DNA from: Rhodosorus marinus CCMP1338
Lineage: Eukaryota > Plantae > Rhodophyta
Assembly: GCA_029953675.1 (NCBI GenBank)
Contig: JAMWBK010000003.1
Location: 3,100,001-3,164,000, forward strand
Direction of reading: 5' to 3'
Length of the DNA: 64,000 nucleotides
The notes under the pieces are model-generated. The model was given only the letters and a program-made list of their open reading frames with translations, was not told the origin of the DNA and searched no databases. Position numbers and translations under genes: made by a program. Below are positions 39,017-51,816 of the stretch, in pieces (positions within the stretch are counted from its first letter, which is position 1; every line of letters starts with the position of its first letter).

Positions 39017-40598
39017 CTACCTGAGATATTCCAATGCATCACTGATGATCGTTCCTCCACGATCCAGTAGGCTCCGGCGCCAATCACAAGACGAGACTCG
39101 ATAGAACATGTCCCTTAGCCAAAGAGCTGCAGGCGACCTCATCATCGGTGCCCAGTGCGTCGCGGCGTTCTCATACCTCATAACTATGCTAATCAAGAGT
39201 GTTGGATAAGTACCAAACTCATGGCACACTGGAACGGCCTATTTCACAAGTAGTCCACACAGAGCAGACAGCCCTCAGGTCAATAGCTGGCCGAAGCTGA
39301 TTCACCACTGCAAACCTGGGATTTGCAAACAAGTACTCACAACTGCTGCTTTTGGGAAGAGTGAACTGAGTACGCCGACACCAACATCACCGACAACGTC
39401 ATCATATCCGATCATTTCACCCTCCCCCATCCCAACGACATGATCTGACTCGCTGCAGAAGATCTCTTTGCCCAGGGGCATCGCTGACTGAGGCACGGCC
39501 ACCGTATCATACCCAGATGGACCCAAACCGGTGTGAACATCGACCAGGATGACCTTCTCAACTTTGGCGAGGCCCTGAAGAAACGTGGGAACCGCACGAA
39601 TGTTCAAATTTTTGTGGTCAATGCCGACGATAGAGTTCACGCCGTGTGCGCGTTGCAGGGCGACCTACCTTAGCTCCGCCCAGGATGCTGGTCAAAGTTT
39701 CTGGAAGCAATTTATTGGATGGTTCTAGCTTATCACCGCCGTACCACAGTCCGCGTTTTTTTTGGTATGTTCCTGTAAGCAGCGCCTTCCGAGTGAATTT
39801 ACTACCTCGCCACGCACGCTGGGGAGATTATGAGCATTCAGAACTGAATCGCCAGATGGGAGGTTTTGACACGCTTACTTGCAGAACAGCTCCAGCGATT
39901 GAAAGTAGGTCAAAGTAGCGAGGCACGTATGCTGGGTTTAGGTACCACTCGAAGTCTTCATATCCATGCTGATTTGGGTCTGCTGATAACCGATCAGCTC
40001 TCTGCTCGTCTGTGAGAAAATTTCTATTGAGGTCAACGTTGTTCTCGTTTGTCCTGCGAAGCTAGAGAACGTACGAAGGAAAGGAAAGGGTTACTCTGAC
40101 GTGTAGGTAGTCGAGGACTAGTGGGCGGGCAGAATATGTCCACTTTTAAGTCCGGTGAACATGCCCTACCGCTGCGAATCCGTACGGATTAACCGCATGC
40201 ACGAAGATAATAGTCGGGTCCTTTGATGGATCCCACGGCTGGGCTTTAGAGCTTCGCAAGAACGCGGATTGGATAGCAGATCCAGCAAAACCCTCCACAC
40301 CGTGCGTTCCGCCCAGGTGTATCAAAACTCTGTCGGATCTTCCATTTTTCACGGCAAAGTCCATGATTAGCCCAGCCCGATTTTGTTCATCGAGTGGCAC
40401 GGAAACGAGCCGATCCGCTCCCCACGCTCTGGCGCTTTCCAAAAACAATCGCCTCGCATCGTTGTAGTTGTCGCTGAAGGTCTCGTCGTAACCTGTCCCA
40501 CACTTACCATACCCAGACCCAGCCTGCGTATTGTACCAAATAGCTGCACCGATTGCGATCAACCCTATCGCAACAGACCACATCCCGTCCTTCTTCAT
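39017..40598 (-). CDS. DUF2817 (M14-carboxypeptidase-like) protein with N-terminal signal/anchor
   Basis: FSDNYNDARRLF, GTHGVEGFAGSAIQ, VHAVNPYGF, ENNVDLNRNF, VDVHTGLGPSG, EFGTYP, YENAA.HWAP. The HGVE...NP.G...N.VDLNRNF...D.HTG order is the M14-like zinc motif pattern. Confidence 0.82.
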
Positions 40599-42826
40599 CA
40601 CTGGCACGAGACGTGAAACTCTCTATCCGAACTTCAGCCTAGCACCGAGTCACAAGACGAAGCTGTGTTATATACAAGGCTTCTCCACGTTACAGCCGGC
40701 AACTTGAGCTCTCGAATCTGTCCGTTTATGGATACATCTGCTCGGCCGGATTGCCTCTCATTGCGTTCAATCGGCTGTTGTAATCACGCCAACCTCAAGC
40801 TCTAATCCTCAGAAAATCAATCGTCTCTCCTCAAGCTCTTTATTCTCAGAACCAAAATCTTAAGGACCGCCCTTCGATTATCTCGCAACAGGTCCGATAT
40901 GTAGACCTTTCTGAACCGTCAAGTGAGATGCTGATAGCGCGAGTCAAGCAATAAAGCAGCGTTACAGCACAACAGTTTTAGAAGCAGCTCCGAAATGAGG
41001 GTGAAAAACGGCCGGAGGAATTGTGAAAGACACGGCGAAGTCATCCAGAGGCAGCAATTTCTAATGACCAAAGCACCGGATAGAGTAGAAACCTACAAAC
41101 ACGCGTAATCCCAGAAGGGTCGGATAAATCATAGCCATAGCGTCTACCTATATAGTAGGGTCGTGCCAAGTGGGTACCAGAGAAAAGCAAGCCAGCATTC
41201 AAGAACTGTAGCTTTTACTCGTAAGGGAAATGTCGCGTAGAGTGCACACGATTGCTATTCCACCTCACATCTACGAAGTTGTACTATCCTCCGACATTGA
41301 AAAGTTGATTCCAACTGAAAGTACTCAGCTAAAACAAATTCCATATAAAATTAATCGGACCAATTAAAACCTATCACACGTTTGTTCTCATGAAGCTAAT
41401 TGGAATTTAAAATATTCCCAGAGCATTAGATAGAAAATAGTACCTAAAGTTTTAATTATACATTTTATTCTGTTTTGTTTTTACTAATGAAATATATTGT
41501 ATATGGTATTTACTACCAATAAACTTATATCCATTTCGCCGCCATCAGTTGAAGAAGTGGGAAAACCGAATATAGTATTTCAGTAGTTTTCAGTAATATA
41601 TGAAGTTTAGTAGTTTCTCGAGATGGACAGGTGTCGATAAATCGATGTGGAGATCTAGACCAAGGCACGGCAATATGTCAGTTGGGAGAGTCCATCATGA
41701 AGTGGTGGTAGTGGTTTTAGGAAGAGTGAAGGAAAAAAAAAAAATAGACAAAACCAATGTCAGAGTTTGGCAAAAGAAATTCCAAGTGTACGGAATGCTA
41801 GATGGTGGGTAGACAAATTGTTTTGTGCTGGACGGATGGACATTAGCACAACGTTTACTCGTGGGCTCGACGATGCACCACCACTTGTGGTATTTTGCCG
41901 TGCTCCCGATAGGATCGGATCGGGTGATTCGTCATCTACCCGGGGGACCTGTTAGTAGAAGGATCGTAGGTACACTTGTTTACTGTGCCCTCGTCAACAG
42001 CGTAGACTCTAGTTCCGAATAGTGGTTAGTAAAATCTTGGAATTGGACTTCACCACGTACCTACCATCCTTCTGCTAACAAGTCCCCCCTGGGGGGGGGG
42101 AGGGTAAATCCCGAGCCACCCGACCGACTCCATTCCTCTTTTTTCAATTATTTTGTAATTCAAAAGGTATTTTGATTAAATGATTTATATTTTTATCTAC
42201 TGATCGAATAATTTTTAAAGAGATCCTAAATGTACGGAAGGTATTACCAGACTTGGAAGGAGGGAGAGAGAAGCGGACGCTGGTGTATTGCGGTCCATTG
42301 TTAACGGACTTTTAACGGAATGAATGTACTTGGATAGTTTCATAGGCACGAGATTGGATGCGTACTTAATCCTTCTGAGTGGCTTGCCGTAGGCCACGCA
42401 AACCAATTAGTTCAGCTTGCATCGAGGAGGAGGTACGGCTCTATCCTTGATACTTGATAGGCTAGTCACCCGATGTCTCCGAATGGAGCAGCTCCATTTG
42501 TTGCTGAGGCTTCCTGTCATAAGCTATAGCGGGGGTAATCGAATGCTGGTAAGGGGGATGAGGCTGCAGGCTTGTCTACTTCCGCCCGGTGGAGATTCCG
42601 AGGGAGATCGAGAAGCCTACTTAAACTCGACTTGCTGAGTTGCCTCGCATGTCAGTTTCTCGTGTAGAGTTGGGAACACCTCGGAGCGGAAGTCTACCGT
42701 AGCCCTTTAGCTCCGGCCATGAGATCCAAGTGTTAGTAGATTTCACGTTAAGAATTATTTTCTTCTCGTCAAGAAGAAGAAGCAGCAACGTTCACCAATG
42801 GATAGTTGATCAATCTCACCTATGGA

Positions 42827-42923
42827 TTTTCTATCTCAACTGACAGTATGCGCCTTGTTCGTCCTTTTGGGTTTTTCTATCTCAACTGAAAGCATGCCAT
42901 GCGCCTTGTACGTCTTTTCGGGT
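42827..42923. repeat. Imperfect ~46-bp direct tandem repeat, two copies
   Basis: ttttctatctcaactg...atgcgccttgt.cgtc.tttt.gggt occurs at about 42827 and 42873. Confidence 0.8.
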
Positions 42924-42970
42924 GATCGATTTCTCATACGCCAACTTGTGAGCAGCGATCAAGAAGATGC

Positions 42971-43238
42971 GTTTTCCATGGACTCATCCATCTATACATC
43001 GTTTTCCTGTTGAACTATTGTTCACCAGATCTGTCGGAGCGACCGGGCAATGTCTTTTGACGCCAGCCATGGTCGATCTATAAGTTGAGCTGAAACGAAC
43101 GGAGCTGACCTGCCGTTTTCCATGGACTCATCCATCCACTACTGTTCACCACATCGGTGGGAGCAACCCAGCAATGTCTTTTGACGCCAGCCATGGCTGA
43201 GCTAGGTTGAGCTGGAACGAAAGGAGCTGACCTGCCGT
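42971..43238. repeat. Imperfect direct tandem repeat, 144 bp and ~123 bp copies
   Basis: Shared blocks gttttccatggactcatccatc, gcaatgtcttttgacgccagccatgg and ggagctgacctgccgt; copies start at 42971 and 43115. Confidence 0.9.
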
Positions 43239-43526
43239 GACCTACCTGATCTGGCTATCTAGCTGGCTTGGTGTGTACGGGGTAACAGCTCCATCGAATA
43301 TCGTCTTGTGGGGCCAACATGTAGGGATCCGGTTGATCAAGGCAGATGTTGGCTAGAGGTCAACTTGAAAATCATTTTCTGGACTCGCTTATTGAGTTTG
43401 AGGCTACCAAGGCAATGGTTTTGATCCTAAAGAAGCTTTGAGGTGTGAAGAGGGAATATTTCGTCGTTGTTTGTTTTGCTGTAAATCGAACCATCAGCGA
43501 AATTGGAACTGTTTTTGGTTGTTGAG

Positions 43527-44440
43527 ATGGTTGGGTATGGATTTGTAGTTGGTCATCATCAATCCCTGTTAGGACAGAAGGAGGGAAAAGATTCAGCTTG
43601 TCAGAGGAGGTCGGCAAGTTCATTTCGGGAATGGAAAACCCCTAGAGCGAGTTTGGAGGAAAATGAGACGTCGACCGGTGGGAACGGCACAGTGAAGCTG
43701 AATCTATCCAGAGGTGTTTGGTACTTTGCGTATGGATCGAATCTATCTCCACGAAAGTTTGGCGAGGAAGCTTCAGCTCTCGGTGGCCGGCGTATCAAAT
43801 ACATGGAAGCGAGAAGAGTCCGGCTTCGGGACTACCGGATGGTGTTTGACTGTCCAGGAATTCCTCCATTTGAATCAGCTATGGCCAACCTGAGAGAAGA
43901 GCCCGGGGCGACCTCCCACGGTGTCATCTACTTGCTTTCCAAGGAGTCGTTTGGCAAGTTAAGAGCTTCTGAAGCGTTTCCAGTGGAGATAACCGTCAAG
44001 GTACTGATATAAGATGCATCCTCAGGGCCAAGCAACTACATGGTCTGGGGGGACTTTGTCCTGGTTATTAATCCATGCTCCGTGGAACGGCTCAGATTTT
44101 CATGGCAAGATTCTCACAAACAATGGGCTTGTTGGTTCAGGTAACAGACGATGATGGGATCCAGCGGGAAGTGCAGACGTTCAAATTTCCATCTTCAAGG
44201 GAATCAGAAAAGGCAGGGCCCTCGGAAAGATATCTGCGGATTATCCACAACGGGGCGAGATACTGGGGTCTTGAGAATGAGGATGAGCTTTTGAGACTGC
44301 TGAGGAAGCCGCGATCTTCAGTCACAAAGTTCATGTATGATGTTACGAACTTTTCCACGGGCGTGACGCAGGGTATGTTAGTCGTGTCCTGTGTTCACCA
44401 ATTCCTTCATTTTTCTCCCGAATTGTAAGATCTTGGTTGA
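43527..44440 (+). CDS. Gamma-glutamylcyclotransferase-like (GGCT/GliK-type) domain with transit-like N-terminus; possibly fused to the downstream gene
   Basis: WYFAYGSNL, FDCPGIPPFE.AMAN, HGVIYLL, KLRASE (catalytic Glu position), PSERYLRIIHNGARYWGL. Intron 44001-44140. Confidence 0.85.
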
Positions 44441-44444
44441 ACAG

Positions 44445-47023
44445 CTTTGATCGTCACGTATGTCATATTCTCTGCTACTTGCTGGACAGGCATCTTCAGT
44501 CCACAGCGTATGCTACGGCGGGAGGAAGAGTTGGTTCTCAAATCAGAGCCTTGGCGAGAAGGTGGCATTCGACTGATGAAGACAACGAGTGGTGAGGGTG
44601 TATCCTCGGACAAAGATCTTCTTATATATCTACCGGGCATCGATGGGACTGGTCTTGGAATCCTTACGCATGTGGAGGACTTGAAGAAGGCGTTTGAGGT
44701 GTTTTCTATAGTGATACCTGTGGACGATCGCTCTGGGTGGGACGTCGTCTGTGAAAAGGTCGCTCGAGAGATTAAGGGTCTGCTGGAGAGTACTGGACGT
44801 GATCAGGTATTGTCTTGAAGGTCATTCGGAATGATACTGGAATCGAACTGACACCCACGTCTCTGGTTTTTGGGTAACGATTTAGTTGGTGCTCCTTGGA
44901 GAGAGCATGGGAGGCGTTTTGGGGCTATTGCTCTCGAAAAACTATCCCGAGTTGGTCAAACACGTCGTGGTTATCAACCCGGCAACCTCCTACAAAAATT
45001 CAGGGGTTGCAACCCTCTATGAGGCGATAGGGAAGTCAAGTTCGATTCCACCACAGGTGTACCAACTTCTGCCGTACATCTCGCTTCCAGTGCTCATAGA
45101 CAACGTTCAATTTGCCCGATCTCTGCTTACATCTCCTGAACGCGCGTTCCACATGCTGGGCTCGGTCTCTAAGATAGGCCAGCTCTCGGATATACTGAAA
45201 CCGCCTGTTTTAAAGCACCGCCTCTCGCTGCTGAGGAAGGCGTCCTTGGGTGACGAGGAGTTGAAAACGATCAAAACCCCTACAACAATTTTCGCGACGC
45301 AGAACGATATTTTGCTGCCCTCGCTGAAGGAATCCGGACGTCTTGTTCGGCTAATTCCGAACTCGACCCGGTAAGGGATTTGACTTCTGAACCGATTGAC
45401 CGGATAAACCGTCCGCGTCCATATGTGGCTGAATGGACCTGTTTTGCATCATAACTGCTAGGATCACGCTTCGCGAGGGAGCCCATACACCGATGCTTGC
45501 ACTCAAGCCCGAGGAGCTTCAGCTCGCTAATAGGATCCAGAGAGCCATGAAGGTGCAGGCGGGAAAAGCGGAGAACCCCTCCCTTGAACCCGATGAGACA
45601 GTGGATAATGTAGAGTAAGACTTTTATCCATGAAATGATCGACAGGTATCCAACATCGCAGCTATTTCTTTGATTGCTTCCTTTGAGCTGTGCATTCTGG
45701 ATGTCAAACAGAGCGGGGGAGAAATGTGACACCGCTTTGTGTGCCTTCTTTGAGCCCGACGAGCGTTCCCTTCTCTCTCCTTTCGTTTGTATGTGGCGGT
45801 TCTCTCTTCGATGAAGATTCGAGATCAACTCGGATGCGGTCAATGAAGCTCAGAAAATGATGGACAAGATTAAGCAAATACACTCCCCAATTTTCGTGGG
45901 CATGGAGAACGTTCCTAGCAGTCATGAGAGGCCACTCTTGTTCGTCGGAAATCACACTCTGTATGGAGTTTTGGACGCCCCGCTTCTCATATCACATTTT
46001 CACGAGACGAGGCGAACACTACTAAGAGGTCTTGCTCACCCCGGGGTGTGGAACGCATCTACGAACATAAAATTCTTGCGGGACAACGGGGTCGATTCTG
46101 AAAAGATCCTGAAGACGTTTGGCGCTATGCCGGTGACTCCGAGAAACATATACAAGCTTCTGAGAGCGCGGCAATCTGTGCTGCTGTTTCCTGGTGGAGC
46201 AAAGGAAGTCTGCAAGACCAAAAAGGACCGCAAGTACGAGCTCCTGTGGGAAGAATCCTCTGAGTTTGTCCGGCTCGCGTATCGAACGAACGGGCTAATT
46301 ATTCCAGTAAGTCAGTCATCTGCTCATCACAGGCATGGACGACGATTGCTGTTGACTCGGATCCACCTCTTCGCAGGTTGCTTGTGTAGGTCCAGACGAC
46401 TGCTACGAAATAATTTTCGACAGTGACGGTAGGAAGGTCAACCGGAAAGCTAAGAAGGCGTGATCGAGGTCAGACCGCTGATGTTGGTTCTTACGAAATT
46501 TCTTGTCCAAGAAATGCTTGCAAGTCCGATCCTCGGTTCAGAGATCCGCTCCCGAGTCAAAAAGCTCGCGGACAAGGAGCGAGCGCGCAAGTGGAGAGGC
46601 TCACGGGACCTTCAGAAAGACGCTAGAGGAATCATTCAACCACTCTCGCTTCCGAAAGCTCCCCAAAGGGTGTACTTCCAGTTCGGCAAGCCCATCGACC
46701 CCTGCCAGGCCAAGTTTGAGGACATTGCAGAAGAGAGGGAGCACTGTGCTGGCCTGTACGCTGTGGTTAAGCGAGAACTTGATGGTTTGATTACTTGGTT
46801 ACTGGAGGTGAGCCTAGCTGACCGCCAGTTCAAAGCCTAGTGACATTACGTGGGGGTCTCACAAACAACACCGCCTGTTTTTGTCTGTCTCGTTGATCCA
46901 TTTTAGAAGAGAGAGTCTGATCCGTTCCGGGATCCTGCCCTCCGAATCGCGTTTGAAAAAGTGAGTGGAGCAAAAGCCCCTACGGCCTGGGACTGGTGTG
47001 ATCGGGAGACGTATTATGATTAG
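44445..47023 (+). CDS. Phytyl ester synthase-like esterase/lipase + DGAT-type acyltransferase
   Basis: LIYLPGIDGTGLG, LLGESMGG (GxSxG), VINPATS, DILLPS, LFVGNHTLYGVLD, LLFPGGAKE, PQRVYFQFGKPI. Last exon KRESDPFRD...YYD* ends at 47023. Confidence 0.92.
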
Positions 47024-47101
47024 AAACTCTCGAGAAGAAATCGCTCTTTAAGCGTGGCACTGCAAGGCAACGCCTCCTGAGTTGATTGGTTTGCGTTGTT
47101 T

Positions 47102-48198
47102 TCATCTCGCGTGAGTCGGATAACTACCAAGTACGCGGAAGTAGGGCCTAGTACGTGTGCAAATAAAACGTTGGAAGAACATGGTAGGAAGGTCATTAGA
47201 GAAATGAAGCCTTAAATCCGTGCTCTTCTGTGTGGCGGTAGATTTCGGTGTGGGTGGGTGTGTGGCAGGACGTACGTGATCTGCTGTAGTAGCGTAAACG
47301 CAGTTTGCGTTTTTGGATCGTTGTAGTCTGCGGCAATGTCAATGTAGAACACATATTCCCATATCTTATCTTCTTCGCCGTCATTCTCGGCCGTGGACGG
47401 ACCTCGGAATGACCTCCGATGCCTAGACTCGATCTTTGTCATGAACAGGTCAAGAGCTGAGAATATTCCGAGAGCCTTACACAGAGCGCCTGCTTTGTTC
47501 TCCAGCGTGATTGCAATTGAAGTCTTGTAGTCGAGCCCAGCTATACTTTTAGGAGCCGCTTCCAAGGATAATATCAGGAACCTGGTAAAGTTGTGTTCGT
47601 CATCTTCGATATCTGCCTCAATGAGTTTTAACCCGTAAAGGTCGACAGCTCTTCTGCTAGCGATTGCACCTGCATTCTCAGTGAGATCCCCATCACTCAG
47701 CATCTTCGCACTGCCGGCGGTATCAAAGCCTTCGACTGGTACTAGGCCTCGATCTTTCATGTACCTGTACGACAAAGGAATGAATCGGGAGCAACCGGAA
47801 TTCTTGAGACACTTTGGAATACCTCCCAGCGTAGACGAGCGCGAAGTGCATCACCTTTCACATTGAGCAAGTGCCATAGGATGGCTGAAGACCCGCTTCA
47901 CCTTAGAAGTATCTGTTTCCTGCCTTGTCATCAGGCAATGCCGAACCCGAAAATCTAGCTCGCCAACGATATGAACATCATCGTTGGCCACCATCAAGTC
48001 CAGGTTTCTATGGATTGTGCCCGCGAGCGAATTTTCGAACGGTAGCGCAGCGCGATCTGCCTCCCTGCTCAGGAGCTTTTCAAAAACCAGATCGAAACTA
48101 GCACATGGAATCAGCAGCGCGTCCTCACCAAAATATTCCACCGCAGCAGCCTCTGAATAAGCACCAGGAATACCCTGGTATGCAATTTTCAACGTCAT
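47102..48198 (-). CDS. Prephenate/arogenate dehydratase with ACT domain
   Basis: IAYQGIPGAYSE, LPFENSLAGTIHRN, SHPMALAQC, DTAGSA, AIAS, NFTRFLIL, KTSI, TKIESR, YVFYID. The terminal exon QQIT|PYFRVLGSYPTHAR* restores the conserved RVLGSYP ending. Confidence 0.94.
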
Positions 48199-49257
48199 CT
48201 CTGTATAAATTGTTTTCCACCCACCAAACCAGACGTTGATCCGCACAGTCTAACCAAACTTCTTACCAAGCCTGCAAAGACTTATTCATATCAATCGCCC
48301 AATGGATCTCAAGCTCAAACACCTGCAGACTCTTGCAGGCCACGCGAACGTCGACTTGGCTGGGCATCGGGTTTCCAGTTCACCCCTACACGCGGGCAAA
48401 GACAGGTCGAAATTTCTATGCTTGAGTACATAGAATCATGTTGCTCTGATCTTAACAAGCAAGGAGTGTACTGCAATAGTTGCTCGCCACATTAAACCCC
48501 AAGATCTCAGTGAGCAAAAACTATGGTGATATAGGATTTTCTTGTTCGTCGATGTTTTGCTTATGAAAACGAATTTTTGGTTCAGAGCTTTTTCAGTCTG
48601 CTTATCAATCTCGATGGCAGCCGTCGTTGTAGACGGGGGAGGAGATGCATTGGTGTGTGCTGTTGAGGCCTGTCTTACTCTCGAGCATTAGCAGCAGGTT
48701 TAAATTCATCTCTTATTAGACGATCATCGCCATCGATATGAAGCCTGAACATCGATTTGTGAGTTACTTATCCCACTGCCTGACCTATGTGAACGGGTGA
48801 CGGCAGCCAAATCATTCGCTCAGAGACTGTATCTATATCAGTGCCCTCGGCTGTAAACTGAAAGCATAGGACATTCATGTTTGCCCCTCAAAACGCGTAA
48901 TCCCCTCTAAGGTCACCGTGGAGTGCCCACTTCACCACTACCAGATACCTTGTTTAGCTGAAGATTTATTGTGGCCAATGTGAGGGAAGCTAATTTTACA
49001 ACAAGGGAAACATCAGCCAACAAGCTGGGGTTGAGTGGAAAGAATGAAAATTTTGGAAGCCCTTCCGAGGGGAGTTGGAAAGGAGGATACCTAACGGTTC
49101 AGAGCGGTGAATAGATCGTGAGTTGGTTTGATGGAGGCTTCTTGGGCTTAGGAGAGCGAGGTAGTGAGCTTCTAGAATTGGACGAAGTTTCTGATTTGCT
49201 GATGATCTGAAGATCTCTCCTTTTGGAGTAGGTGTTCTTCGCATCGAAAGCGAAACG

Positions 49258-50431
49258 ATGAGGAGTTGGCATGTTTTGGCCCTTTTCGCCCTCTCTCTGG
49301 TCGTCCAGATCGATGGAGTTAAGTACAATTCTTTTGAGTCGGCCATGGTCCAGGAGAACAAGAAACTGGGTGGTCAGCTGATGAGGCTTCCGGTTCAGCT
49401 GTTCATGGACTACGTTGTTTCAGGAAAAGCTCATGAAAAGCTCAATGTCATAACGATCATGACTGCAGTGGGTGACTGCGAGCCTTGCAGGTGAGAAGAA
49501 AGGACAATCTTTCTAACAGAAAAGAATCGCCGATTTTTACTGACGCGATCACCGTCGGCGCAGGGATCAGGTTGCCAAGTTTGAAAACAGCGCAAAGTTG
49601 TTTCACAGACTTCACGGATTTGACTCCGGATTTCTGTTCGTTAACGTGGAGATCGATCCAAACCAAGCGCTCGATGGACAGGTCGCCGGCGCCCTCGGTT
49701 TGGAGTTTGTACCGATCGTGTACAATTTCAAGCCGACAAGGGGAGGAAATCGACCACAGATTCGAAAGGGCGATAGCGAGATGCTGCCCGTAGACGTTCC
49801 GCCAGACACTTCTGTTATCAATAGCTACATTGCTATGCAGACCAGCCGAGTGATGCCGTCAGTTATGAACGGTCCGATTCACATAGTTCCTATTCTCGTT
49901 GCGTACGAGTGGACAATCATCGCTGCGGTCATTGCAGTGCTAGCATTTTGTGCAAAGAGGGGATTGTATAGGGAAAAGAATTTCTGGATGGTCATCGTAT
50001 TTATAGTGTTCTGTTTCTCCATTTCTGGAGGGCACTACGACTTGATTCAATCCGCTCCACTTCTCGTCTTCTCCAACGGAGTACCGTTGCCCGTTTCCCT
50101 TGAAAACCAGAGGAACCAGTTTGTCTTGGAAGGGTTGCTGTGGTGCTCGTTCGTAGGAGTCGTTTCAATTTTGATGTTATCGCTCAGAGACGTTGCGGTT
50201 CAGGAATCTGTTACCCGACAACACGTAAGCATCATCCCCGTTTCGCTTATCTTCTGTGGACAGATCTATCGACAAAAAAAAGAAAACATTCTCTAAATTC
50301 GCTTGTGGGTTTTGTTGTCATCCCAGGTGCTGTGGTGTATAAGTATGGTCGCAACTATGTATGCCATCTTTGGGATTACGAGCAGAGTGTTTTCAGTTAA
50401 GACTCCTGGCTACCTGAAATATGCTCAGTAG
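49258..50431 (+). CDS. Oligosaccharyltransferase OST3/OST6 (MAGT1/TUSC3-like) subunit
   Basis: Signal peptide, thioredoxin-like CEPC, TMs, FSISGGHYDLIQSAP, NQFVLEG, ending FSVKTPGY. Confidence 0.8.
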
Positions 50432-50668
50432 TTCCATCGCTGCTCCGCAACGGAGCAAGGCATCCTCAGTTGTGTCCAACGGAGCGAAAGACTTTTCGGG
50501 GAGGTACACCATTGAGGGGGAAAGATGGGTTCACTCGAAAAGACCTAGAAACCGAAGAACCAAGGCTAGGTTGAGAGTCGATCGACATTGCCGTAGCGTT
50601 TCAATTTATTTCTAAGACCGGGTATAATGCACAATCTGGGAGCGAGGCATTCTGACCTGGTCCAGTCG

Positions 50669-51816
50669 TCAGTCTTTGCCACCCGGTTTGTCACCACCTT
50701 CCGATTGCACTTTGGCATCGCTGGGCTTGGGTTTATTCTCTAACCTTCTGGCAAAAGTTAAATAACTTGTATGAGTCATGATCTCCCTGTACGGTCGTGA
50801 TACGAGCTCCACGTCACACTTTTTTACGATGTCGTCCTTGTCCGGTATCCCACTTCTCTCTCCGGCCTGGTTTCCTCGCCCTTCGCTCACGCGTTTACGC
50901 TTTCGCTCTTGCTCGGTCTCTGATTGCGAGTAGTCCTTTGACCTAGCCCGGAAAAGCACTCAGTAGAACAGTGAGCAACTGAGAAAATATCCCTATCTTA
51001 GAGAGCTTTTTGTGTGATGGATATTATTAGTGGAGAAGCATACCTCTTCTTTGTATCCCAGGTACGGAATCCAACCGTGCTCGTTTCAATTTCTGAAAAG
51101 TTGAGTTTTGAGAGTTCCTCGTAGGTTTGTTGTACTTGTTCTACACACGGAGAGAACGTCGCAAGCACACCGTCAACTCTCAAGATCCTCTCCGCTTCAG
51201 CGGCGACATCCCATACGGCCGGCAGATCGAGGAACACTGCATCGACTGAACTCTCGGGGATTCCTTTAAATCCCTCCGTGCCAACATTTCGATGTGTCAC
51301 GGTTATGTAATCAGATATTCCAAGCTTTTCGAAGTCTTCGGTGGCTTTTTTTGCTCGATCCTCGTGAATTTCGAAGCTCACTACTCTTCCGGTGGGAGCG
51401 ACGGCCCTTGCCAAGGAGGCGGTCATAGATCCAGAGCCTGTTCCTGCTTCGACCACAATAGATCCAGGTCTTAAGTCCATTTCCGCGGTGATCACAGCAA
51501 TATCATGAGTGTAGACGATCTGCGTTCTGTGAGAAAGACTTAGGGTCCATAGTTCCGGTGTTGGGCGTAACACGATCACGAACCCAGCACCAGTTGCAAC
51601 TTTGCCTGACGCAGTAATCCATCGTCTCCCAGCGTTTTTCCCCAGAAGATCGTCGTGATTAAAAATCCCGTAGCGATTATGAAAATTGCCATGCTTCTTC
51701 AGTTCAAGGTTCAACAGCTCGTCAAACCGAGAATGTACCACCACAATGTCACCACCATGGATCTCGGATGTCCCAATTCTCTCGTCGTTCCACGAGTTGA
51801 CCTCTTGACGAAACAT
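50669..51816 (-). CDS. TRM61: tRNA (adenine-58-N1)-methyltransferase catalytic subunit
   Basis: LRPTPELWTLSLSHRTQIVY..DI, VVEAGTGSGS, SFEIHEDRA, DAVFLDLPAVW, FSPCVEQV, MTHTSYLTFA. Confidence 0.96.

Noticed and set aside
42084-42110. C-run/G10 hairpin or G-quadruplex candidate
   Set aside because: Too short and isolated to support a function.
42971-43238. Repeats as a CRISPR array or LTR pair
   Set aside because: Only two long adjacent degenerate copies, with no spacers, cas genes, TG...CA ends or internal retroelement ORF.
48420-48960. Possible short exons upstream of prephenate dehydratase
   Set aside because: Fragments are short and frame joins ambiguous; no support from the sequence alone.
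22292-50431. YIF1, GH47 mannosidase and OST3 as a secretory-pathway gene cluster
   Set aside because: They are spread over 28 kb among unrelated housekeeping genes; chance in a compact genome is sufficient.
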